A stretch of 63,695 nucleotides of DNA, filler included, from Squatina squatina (lineage: Eukaryota): assembly GCA_031763465.1 (NCBI GenBank). It is 4 parts of 4 records of this genome, joined end to end, with 100 filler letters (N's around TTAATTAATTAA, not from the genome) between each part and the next. Parts side by side here need not be neighbours in the genome. Positions count along the whole stretch, not along the records: positions 47,573 to 63,695 come from JARFOE010000046.1; 3 more parts are not named here. One strand, written 5' to 3'. Position numbers and translations under genes: made by a program. The stretch's first letter is position 1. Every line of letters begins with the position of its first letter. Positions 53,425 to 63,695 of the stretch are shown here, piece after piece. The notes below the pieces were generated by a model that worked only from the letters and a program-made list of their open reading frames with translations, was not told where the DNA came from and did not search any database.

Positions 53425-53722
53425 NNNNNNNNNNNNNNNNNNNNNNNNNNNNNNNNNNNNNNNNNNNNNNNNNNNNNNNNNNNNNNNNNNNNNNNNNNNN
53501 NNNNNNNNNNNNNNNNNNNNNNNNAACTGTGGAAGTTACATCCACACCACAAATCGGGCAATTCACTATGAGCCCTTTAGCACTAAAGTTTGCACATGTT
53601 TAAATGCTGAAATTGTAAAGTGACGAATTGGGGGCTTCACTGAAGATTTTCAAAGAGTCCCATTTCCAGCGCACAATTCGGCACGTAGCGCTAGAAACTT
53701 TAAAAACCCGAATTGGGCGCCC

Positions 53723-55900
53723 TTGGTCTTTCTACCAGGAAACATCAAAGCTGGTTTGACGAGAACGACCAGGAGATTCAGGAGCTGCTAAACCACAAAT
53801 GCAAGACATTCCTGAACTGGAAGCACCACCAAAGCTCGAAGGAAAGAAAACAGGTCTACAGACAAACGAAGGCCGAGGTTCAACAAAAAACCCGGGATCG
53901 AAAGAATAGATGGTGGTTCGAAAGAGCGCAGGAGATCCAGCAACTCGCCGACAACAACGATATGCGTGGATTCTTCAGTGCAGTCAAGACCATCTATGAC
54001 CCAAACACCCAAGGACATACCCCACTGAGAGATAAGAACAGAGACGTGCTCATCAAGGACAGAGAGGTAGTTAGCACCTGCTGGAAGAAGCACTTCGAAG
54101 AACTCCTCAACCAAGACACGGTCCTCGACGCCCGCACCCTCAATTCCATCCCACAACACCCTACCCGCCACCACCTCAGCACAACCACTGCCCTACACGA
54201 GGTCGTAAAGGCTATCAGGCAGCTAAAAAACAACAGGCCTCCGGCGCAGACGGAATCTCTGCTGAAATACTAAAATACGGCGGTGAGGCACTCGTGGCAC
54301 GAACCCATGATCTTATCTCCCTCATTTGGGAGGAGGAAAGCATGCCAGAAGATCTCAGAGATGCCAAAATCGTGACCGTCTTCAAGAAAGGAGACAAGCC
54401 CAATTGCGGAAACTACAGAGGGATCTCCCTGCTGTTCGCCACAGGGAAAGTCATTGCAAAANNNNNNNNNNNNNNNNNNNNNNNNNNNNNNNNNNNNNNN
54501 NNNNNNNNNNNNNNNNNNNNNNNNNNNNNNNNNNNNNNNNNNNNNNNNNNNNNNNNNNNNNNNNNNNNNNNNNNNNNNNNNNNNNNNNNNNNNNNNNNNN
54601 NNNNNNNNNNNNNNNNNNNNNNNNNNNNNNNNNNNNNNNNNNNNNNNNNNNNNNNNNNNNNNNNNNNNNNNNNNNNNNNNNNNNNNNNNNNNNNNNNNNN
54701 NNNNNNNNNNNNNNNNNNNNNNNNNNNNNNNNNNNNNNNNNNNNNNNNNNNNNNNNNNNNNNNNNNNNNNNNNNNNNNNNNNNNNNNNNNNNNNNNNNNN
54801 NNNNNNNNNNNNNNNNNNNNNNNNNNNNNNNNNNNNNNNNNNNNNNNNNNNNNNNNNNNNNNNNNNNNNNNNNNNNNNNNNNNNNNNNNNNNNNNNNNNN
54901 NNNNNNNNNNNNNNNNNNNNNNNNNNNNNNNNNNNNNNNNNNNNNNNNNNNNNNNNNNNNNNNNNNNNNNNNNNNNNNNNNNNNNNNNNNNNNNNNNNNN
55001 NNNNNNNNNNNNNNNNNNNNNNNNNNNNNNNNNNNNNNNNNNNNNNNNNNNNNNNNNNNNNNNNNNNNNNNNNNNNNNNNNNNNNNNNNNNNNNNNNNNN
55101 NNNNNNNNNNNNNNNNNNNNNNNNNNNNNNNNNNNNNNNNNNNNNNNNNNNNNNNNNNNNNNNNNNNNNNNNNNNNNNNNNNNNNNNNNNNNNNNNNNNN
55201 NNNNNNNNNNNNNNNNNNNNNNNNNNNNNNNNNGTTTGAAGAAAAAGACCTCAAACCCGGGTTTAAGCTCATGGTCTACAGGGCAGCAGTGATACCCGCC
55301 CTCCTGTATGCGTCAGAGACATGGACAATGTACAGCAGACACCTCAAAGTACTGGAGAAGTATCACCAATGTTGCCTCCGCAAAATCCTGCAAATCCTGG
55401 CAGGATAGGCGTACCAATGTCAGCATCTTCTCTCATGCCAACATCCCCAGCACTGAGGCACTAGTCACGCTCAATCAGCTGCGTTGGGCGGGCCACGTCG
55501 TCCACATGCCTGATCCAAGACTCCCGAAACAAGCACTCTACTCAGAGCTTCGGCGCAGCAAGAGATTACCAGGAGGGCAGAGGAAATGCTTGAATGACAT
55601 CCTCAAAGCCTCCCTGAAAGAATGCGACATCCCCACCGACTCATGGGAATCTCTGGCCCAGACCGCCCGAACTGGATAAGAAGCATCCACGAAGGCGTCA
55701 ATTACTTTGAGCTTCTCCGCCGGAAGCACGAGGAGGCCAAGCACAAGCAATAAAGATCCAAGCATCCCACCCATTCGCCCCAAATACCACCTGCTCCACC
55801 TGTGGTAGAGTTTGCAGATCCAGTAGAGGACTACTTAGTCACCTCAGAACCCACAACTCCGGAGTGGAAGGAAGTCATCCTCGACTCCGAGGGACTGCCT
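53723..55900 (+). mobile_element. RTE-clade LINE copy A, 3' part (linker, RT mostly in gap, C-terminus, tail)
   Basis: KHQSWFDEND, VFKKGDKPNCGNYRGISLL, LLYASETW, QLRWAGHV, RLPKQALYSEL motifs; 3' hairpin cctcg-actc-cgagg near 55880. Confidence 0.93.
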
Positions 55901-56064
55901 CGGATTGTCTCATAACACTTAAATTCCAGGAATTCCGAAACAGCTGTTCAGAATTCACAATAGCATCTCTTGAAACTATAAAAGGGACACCACTGATCTC
56001 AGTTATTTGCCTAGCTCAACTAACCAATAGTGATGTAAACGGGATTAAATATAAATCAAATACC

Positions 56065-56405
56065 AGTACAATTATGAAAAGGTTCGATAGGGTGGATCTG
56101 GAGAAGCGGTTTCCACTTGGTGACTCCAAACAAGGGAGCATAAATTTTAGATAACCACGAGCATGTCAAAAAGAATTTAGGAGGAATATCTTCACAGAAG
56201 AGAATGGTGAGAATGTGGAATTTGCTGGCATGTTTAGTTGTTGAAGCAGGCAGCATTGATGCATTCACGAGGAAGAAGGGAATCGAGGGCTATGGGGCCA
56301 GAGTGGGAAGAGGTAACTAGAATGGGGTACAGCTTGTGTACAGTTTAAACACCAGCACAGACCAGTCGGGCCAAATGGCCTGTTTCTGTGCCGTTAATTC
56401 TATGT
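56065..56405 (+). mobile_element. CR1 LINE 3' fragment
   Basis: IMKRFDRVDLEK.FPL; ttcacagaagagaatggtgagaatgtggaa; tail gggccaaatggcctgtttctgtg. Confidence 0.8.
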
Positions 56406-56493
56406 AATACCAGCTTAACACAAACATGTTCGATTAATACCAGCTTAACATAATATTGCTTTTCCAAGCATTCACATGCCCTGCTCAACTCAC

Positions 56494-56702
56494 TTTATCC
56501 AGGATTCCTCATCATCCAAATCACGGAAGAATTGGTGAAGTCTGTGAGATTCGTTCAGTTTAGCACGACGAGCAGTGGCCATGTTCTTAATTTTCTGAAA
56601 CCGGCTGTTCACTGCACTGCGTTTGTCCTTCACCTGGGTGGTATCAAAGGCGTCGCTGGACATGAGACTATCGGCCTGGCCGTTCAAGTCTTTCAGACGG
56701 TC
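56494..56702 (-). CDS. SPTAN1: Alpha-II spectrin internal exon
   Basis: tttcag|DRLKDLNGQADSLMSSDAFDTTQVKDKR...RRAKLNESHRLHQFFRDLDDEESWI-aa|gtgagt; close match to vertebrate SPTAN1. 209 bp. Confidence 0.93.
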
Positions 56703-56929
56703 CTGAAACACAGCCGAATGATCCACCAATTTAGAAAAGATCAGAGTGCCTGTGACATTACCACAGTGAACAGTTTGCGTAATATAGAAAGCTAAACATC
56801 AGAATGAGAGCTGATCAATAAGATGGTGTGCGTGCTAGCTTGGCCAAACATCCATTTGGAACATTAAACATTAATAACTTCAAAGTGTTTCAGGTACAAA
56901 AAATAATGAAAAATTGGCCTTTACCTCAC

Positions 56930-57333
56930 AGGTAAATACAATGGGATGTAAGTTATGTTACAGTTATATAAAGCTCTGGTTATAATCCATCAGGTTTACA
57001 GTGCTCAGTTCTGGGCACCGCACTGCAGGAAGGATATACTGGCCTTGGAGGAGGAGCAGCGCAGACTCACCAGAAAAGTGTTAAATTAAGATGACAGGTT
57101 CCATACACTGGGCTCGTATTTCCTTGAGTATATAAGATCAAGGGGTGATCTAATTGAGATGCTTAAGATGACTAGCGGATTTGAGAGAGTAGATAGAGAG
57201 AAACTATTTCCTCTGGAGGGGGAGTCAAGAACAAGGGGTCATCACCTTACAATTAGAGCCAAGCTCTTCAGGGGTGATGTCAGGAAGCACTTCTTTACAC
57301 AGTGGAAATCTGGAACTCACTCTCCCAAAAAGC
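56930..57333 (+). mobile_element. CR1 LINE RT C-terminal fragment
   Basis: LYKALV, QFWAP, RGDLIE, DREKLFPL.GESRTRGH, KHFFTQ motifs. Confidence 0.85.
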
Positions 57334-58758
57334 NNNNNNNNNNNNNNNNNNNNNNNNNNNNNNNNNNNNNNNNNNNNNNNNNNNNNNNNNNNNNNNNNNN
57401 NNNNNNNNNNNNNNNNNNNNNNNNNNNNNNNNNGCAAATAATCCCAGTATTGCATATCTTTGTCCAAAGTGTGAAGCTAGTCGAATACTAATAGAAATCA
57501 ATTCCTGCACCTCAGCACACAACAGATCAAGGAACGAAAAGCAAAAGGGTTGATTAGGAATGGTCTGTCAAACAAATTACTGAAAGCTAGACCTACGGCA
57601 TAGAGGGAGAAGGAATAAATTGTCCACCTGATTGAAAAGAAAGACAGGCATGCGGCCTTTTATCATTGTCACTGATGCACCAGCAAAATACACCAGGGAA
57701 AGAAAATCCTGCATTTCATACAATGGAGCAAACCATTAGATGGCAAAACACTGTAGTGGAACAATGCAGCCCACCTAACTGCCTTGATGGCCATCATTTC
57801 TTTTTTTTTCATTCAGTTTGAAAATCAAAATAATTCTTTCCCGTTCTTTGAGGTTCCTGACATGTGCACTAGCCTCAAAGCTGCCTCCATTAGCTTATGC
57901 CACTAGCACATGGCACTGGGCCTACTTAAAGATACAGTTAATGAGACTTGGACCAGAGATGTATAAGGAAACACAAAGGATTGTATGAAATTGCAAGATT
58001 AGAAAATTACAGAGTCTGTCTAACACCCTTAACAAGGAGTGACTGGTACATTGATGCACGGATTACTGCTTTACACTCGAGGATATCCCTGACTCATTAA
58101 AGAGTAAAGACTGCTTGTCTTCACCTACTAACTTTTTAATTTCTATTTTAGACTGTGCTGGGACAGTTCTGCAAGAACAGAAACAGAAACAATTATCTAT
58201 AGACTCTGTTCATAAAACTCAGAAACAAAAGGGCTGTAAACTTTGAAAAGAACAGTGTCTTCATGAAAAAGTCTTTGGCAAACCTTTCATTTGGGAAGAA
58301 AAAGATGAGCTGTGCATCTTTTTATCAAAATTATATAATTTGTACTTGCATGAGCGTGATCATTTAAGTATCATAAGCATCAGGACACAATAATGTAAAT
58401 GATATCGAATGCAAACAAAAAAATGGTTGCCAAACATTGAATCTATTTTTATACACTGCTGCTCGTTTTGTGCACGTTCTGGGAGACAGTGAGGCAGTTC
58501 ATAAAAGCTTGTGCTTTTATGCAGGCTTCAATCCCTCAAGAATGGTCTGCGGCTTGTTTATGTTTCTTTGTTAGCTGGCACCTGTCAGTGCCTCACTAAG
58601 AGCAGCACCCCTCACTCCTCTATCCTTTGCTCTCGTCAACCATCTTTTCAAGTATATTNNNNNNNNNNNNNNNNNNNNNNNNNNNNNNNNNNNNNNNNNN
58701 NNNNNNNNNNNNNNNNNNNNNNNNNNNNNNNNNNNNNNNNNNNNNNNNNNNNNNNNNN

Positions 58759-58915
58759 TAATAACTTTCAAAATGGAATTGGATGAATACTTGAAAGGGG
58801 AAAATTTGCAAGGTTATGGGGAAAAGCAGGGGAGTGGGACTAATTGGATAGTTCTTTCAACGAGCTGGCACAGACACGATGATCCAATAGCCTCATCATT
58901 CCATGATTCTAATTC
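58759..58915 (+). mobile_element. CR1 LINE 3' end
   Basis: TFKMELDEYLKG plus ggggagtgggactaattggatag tail like the other CR1 copies. Confidence 0.75.
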
Positions 58916-61900
58916 TAGATACTTGCTGCTGGTCTGATTCAATTGTACTAGAGTTGTATATCCACATTATAAGTTTGGTGAAGTGCTTGATTTACTTTTG
59001 GAAACTGGGAGGATATCTCACAGAACTATTGATATCTTCTTGGAAGTTTATGTGTTGCTGAATGCTTTCCTCAGAAAACAGTGAGCCCCTGAAACAGGAT
59101 ATTGTGAATGATCTGTGGAGGCAATAGGCTTGATGGGCTGGTTCTACACTTTCTTAATTTATCATGGTTGTTTTGAAAAGCCGATCTGAATAAATGGATA
59201 AAGATGCAGGAAGGATAGATAATGACATTTAATTATGTCATTTTGATATTAGTCAAAGATAAGTCTTTGCTGTTTTGTATTAATGTTTAACTTAAATTCT
59301 TCTGTATTGCTGCGATACTAAAATCACTAAATATAAAAACAATTATATTACCTAAGTATTTGATTTAATATTCCTTGCTTTGTGCTGTCACTATGTCTTA
59401 ATGCGGATGCCTGAAAATAGTATAATTACCATTTAGATTGGAAAAATGCATGACTGATNNNNNNNNNNNNNNNNNNNNNNNNNNNNNNNNNNNNNNNNNN
59501 NNNNNNNNNNNNNNNNNNNNNNNNNNNNNNNNNNNNNNNNNNNNNNNNNNNNNNNNNNAAGTAATTAAATCTCAACTGCCTGTTCTAATTCCCTCGTGAG
59601 CTTCAAGATCACCTTTCCTCTTCAGATTAGAGAGTTTGTGATTATGTCAAACAACTTATTTTGGTTCAGTCTGCATACCCCTTAAAATCTTGAAACCCGC
59701 ATGCCTCAATACAAACACAAACTCAGTGAAAGCTGCTCGTGTTAATCAAGACAGCAGTGAAAGAGAAAACCCAATGAGAGAAAGAAAATGAAAGGGGAGA
59801 TTGTTTAATCTGGGAAAAGAACAAGCAATGGGATTGAAAAAAAATGTATACAACCGGAGCTGGACTTTGGAGAAATAAGAACTAAACCCCACCGATAGAC
59901 GATGAAGTGCAGATGTTTTTTCAGCTTGGTCCGTGTTTTTTTCCCCTGAAGATAAATTCTTAGACAACGTTCAAATTCTTGAAACAAAAAGCAGTCAGCA
60001 GCGACAAGCAATGAAAGTTATGATCAAAAGTGACTGAACACAAAGATTAAAAATGTGAAAATGGAGGGGAAGATGTACGTTTCCTCCTGCAGAAAATGAT
60101 TGATAAAAACAGGTACATGTTAAAAGTAAGATTTAGAGGGGATACAACTAATCCAACCCTTATCCATTTTGAAAAGCAGAGGCAGGTGGGTTTTGATAAA
60201 CTTATATGAAAAGGTAAATGTACCGTGGAGGGACAGGGAAAGGTTTGAGTTTGAATAATATATCGAAAACAATCTGAACCAGTTTTGCTGAGGATATTTC
60301 TGGTGATAGGAGAAAGGTCACCAAGGGGAATCTAGCAGTTTTTAAAAAAAAACACTTCCTGTAGCTGGGGAGAGACAAAGTCACAGTGTAGCCGATTCTG
60401 GGACTCGTAGAAAGGACTTTGCATACACAAATGAGGATCTATAATCCTGTAATTATTTTTGGCGGACTCCGAGGTGAGCCCCGGACCCCCAGTTGAGAAC
60501 TCCTACCCTATGCCTTAGTTTTCCCAATGCAAACATTTCCAGTTACCTTAGTTTCTCCTCATAGCTCAAATACCCAATACCTGAAATGTGTTTAGTTGCC
60601 CTTCTCTGCTCCTTCTCCAAAGCCAAGATTTGAAAGACTATTCCACTACATGCTGAATCTGTACTGGATATGTATTTTGTGAAATCATCTTTGTATTAAC
60701 CAAGAATGTACCTGATGACTGCCAACAAATTGTAAGCACTTGTTATAACCTCACACATGCACCTTGATTCATAGAAACATAGTAAATAGGTGCAGGAGTA
60801 GGCCATTAGGCCCNNNNNNNNNNNNNNNNNNNNNNNNNNNNNNNNNNNNNNNNNNNNNNNNNNNNNNNNNNNNNNNNNNNNNNNNNNNNNNNNNNNNNNN
60901 NNNNNNNNNNNNNAAATTGATATTCATTTGATGATGACCACAACACCATATTTGATGAAGGGGCAAGTATCCTGTTGGAAGATAAATCCAATAAGCAGCT
61001 TACTCAGGTTTGGATATACTTGTGTTATTTACATAGCTACTTATTCTTTTAAATTGCCAACTTTAGTTGTCCTTTGGATTTTTTCTGTGCAAAGAATTTA
61101 ATCTAAATATGTTATTATCTGTACCCTTTATTTTAAACTACAAACTGTATATTTTGACTTAGTTACAAAAGTTAAATTAAGTTGTAATATTAAGTGAACT
61201 TTTGAGCAGTAGCAGCTTTAATATTTACAGTAGTATGCACATACAGGGCATTGTGTGGTATTTATGATGAAGATATCCAAATTATGAAAGCTACTTATTA
61301 AATTTCTCTATATCCTTATTCTAATTTGACATGGCTAAATAGGTGGGATAATAGCTATATAAGTTATTGTTGATTGGCTTTGCAGCATCTAACAACTTGC
61401 TTCTAGCAGCATTTGATTTCTACACTTCTAATAAGTCCACCTGATGTGAAAGAATGATTTATTCTGTACAATTTTGAGTTGTCGCACTGATTTAATTTAA
61501 TTTAATTTATTGATGCTTAGATCAGAGATGATGATCAGTGAAACTATAAATATATATGTCCAATATAGTTACTGCTGATTCTATTAGCTATTAAATTTGT
61601 TGTTGGTTGCTATCTTTTACTGCATTGAATGTTAACCATTTAAGGACGATGGTAGGATTTTTGATACGGCAGAAATATCTTTTCGTACCTTAGTTTGCTT
61701 TAATTGTAATTAATGGTTGGTATAAATGTAGAAAATAAATTTTATAGATATGATTTAAAGCAGGGACATATTTTTAAAATATACGAGAAACATTTGCATA
61801 CGGCTAGTGAAGTGGCCATTTTATTGAGAACATTACTGTTTTACCGATCCAATGGCCCATTGTAAATCTATACAATCTCTTTGCTATTGCTGTTAATACT

Positions 61901-62882
61901 GGACTTTTTGGATTTGTTTTATTTGTACCAGAACGGTGGCTCACATTTCTAGAAGTAAAGTTCCTCTGAGAACCGTGGCCTCCTTTGAGAATACAATGAA
62001 TATTTCAATGTATGCTCTGCTAGATTGCGGATTAATTTGAACAGTCGCAGAGTGCTTTGATCAGCTCTCTGTCCCTATATCAGCATGACATGTCCTGGAA
62101 CATTCATTGTACTCAGTAAATATTGATGACAATATTGAAACATAGTTTGCATGAATATTGGTTTTTACTATGCATTAATGTGCACTCTTTCAGTCAAGGG
62201 TTTCATGGACTCCTTAAATCTATCTAGTAGTATAGAATATACCAGATCTATGTTCCCATCTGTGATCCATCTGCTGTAGAACACTACAGGTTAACATTTA
62301 AGGTGATTCAAATAACGTTTGATGTACATGAGCTTGTGTTTGATGGTATTTAATGCATGATTCTTTCTTTTCTGCAGTAATTTTTTTGGGGTCAACATAT
62401 CTCATGTTCCATCCCTGACTAGGAGGTTGTTTGTCAACCAAACCATTGTTGCTCTGAAGCTGGCTGCTACCAGAGCAGTGCTTGGTGATTGTCCCTCTGT
62501 TTGTTTTAGTTGTTCAGATGCTGCGGAATGTGCTGTTGCTGTATAAATAGGAGGATTCCACAGTTATAGGAACCCAGAAGATNNNNNNNNNNNNNNNNGT
62601 GCAATATAAATATGTAGTTATTGTCCCTAATCTGTAGAGCAAAAAGCAGTAGAAGCACTGAGCCAGGCTTCGGATGAACTTTTAACCCATTTTACATATT
62701 CCAATGCAAGATGTAAAGCTGAATATAGCTTAGTTTTGACTGTGTGTTATTTTCCGCTTTCTTTCCAATTGTTTATTTAATTTTATCTTACACAGAATAC
62801 CACAGAGATGCAGAATGTCAGTGGTCATATCAAAGTGAGTAGATAGCAATTTAAACTTAACTTTAACCTAACTTTAGGTGTT

Positions 62883-63329
62883 GGCCCTGGCTAAGTGGTA
62901 GCACTCTCACCTCTCAGTCAGAAGGCTGTGGGTTCAATCCCCACTCTAGAGACTTGAGCACATAAAGTAGACTGAAACTTCAGTACAGTACTAAGGTAGT
63001 GCTGGAATGTTGGAGGTGCCGTCTTTCGGATGAGACGTTAAACCGAGGCCCTGTCTGTCCCCTCAGATAGACGTAAAAGATCCCATGGCAATTTTCAAAG
63101 AAGAGCAGGGGAGTTTGTCCCGGTTTCCCGGCCAGCATTTATCCCTCAACCAAAAACAGATGATCTAATAATTGGCATTGCTGTTTGTGGGACCATGCCA
63201 TGTTCAAATTGGCTGCTGCATTTGCCTACTTTACAACAGTGAATACACTTCAAAAGTACTTCGTTGGCTGTGAAGCGCTTTGGGATGCCCTAATATTGCG
63301 AATGGCACTACATAAATGCACGTTCTTTC
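62883..63329 (+). mobile_element. Full-length tRNA-derived Deu-SINE (SacSINE1-like)
   Basis: A box ggctaagtggta, B box gggttcaatccc, Deu core gtctttcggatgagacgttaaaccgagg...aaagatcccatggca, L2-type tail aagcgctttgggatg...taaatgca. Confidence 0.88.
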
Positions 63330-63695
63330 ATTTTTATCCCATCCAGGACATATTTTGTTTCTAACTTAAATGTAGGTTTTTGTTGCTCTTAAAATAACTT
63401 TTTCAATGCAATACAATACTGAAAATGTATGTTGATTAATATGTCTCTACAGCAGGATCCTGTTGTATGCAGCTGGTTGAGGAAAACAGAAAAAATTACC
63501 TGTAGCAGATTTGCATGTGATAGGAATAGCTAATGGAGTACTAAATTGAAAGCCAAGTGAGATTTGTGAAAGATGTATGCCTGTATACACTTAGATTTGA
63601 CTATACAAGACCAGCTTAAATAGTTTGGAATTTTCAGATTCCCACCAAGTTGTAACTGTATTTGACAGCAAGCTAATTAAATGAAGAACCGTGCC

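Larger units (their letters stand above)
51077..53722. mobile_element. TIR DNA transposon (probably Harbinger-type, non-autonomous) inserted in RTE copy A
   Basis: Perfect 12-bp TIR gggcgcccaatt (51077) / aattgggcgccc (ends 53722); TTG duplicated at 51074-51076 and 53723-53725. Removing it restores gactc-ttg-gtctttctaccagg, matching the uninterrupted site in copy B. Confidence 0.88.

Noticed and set aside
62883-62950. tRNA gene
   Set aside because: A and B boxes are the head of a SINE; no complete cloverleaf.

Overview
Eukaryotic DNA from a fragmented draft assembly of a cartilaginous fish (shark-like, inferred from its CR1, RTE, Deu-SINE, Harbinger and Penelope-type repeats). The window is not one locus. 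Three identical artificial 100-bp spacers (N44-TTAATTAATTAA-N44) join four unrelated scaffolds: 1-16868, 16969-32904, 33005-47472 and 47573-63695. Each also contains many 100-N gaps of unknown true size. Scaffold 1 holds the large BTB-domain exon of ZBTB20, which breaks off before its zinc fingers and runs into a dead PIF/Harbinger transposase through a ~14-bp sequence readable as either. Scaffold 2 has no recognisable host gene, only repeats, a 1.1-kb (GGAGT)n-like array and candidate micro-exon/regulatory DNA. Scaffold 3 holds exons of POLK (+), ANKDD1B (+) and POC5 (-) in the human order and orientation. Scaffold 4 holds the TM1-TM3 exon of an unassigned class A peptide GPCR, one SPTAN1 exon, an RTE LINE split by a TIR element with a TTG target duplication, and a full-length Deu-SINE. 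I found no convincing new multi-gene system. The best leads are the orphan GPCR, the ZBTB20-Harbinger junction (possibly an assembly chimera) and the nested transposon. All homology calls are from recall of sequence families, not database searches.
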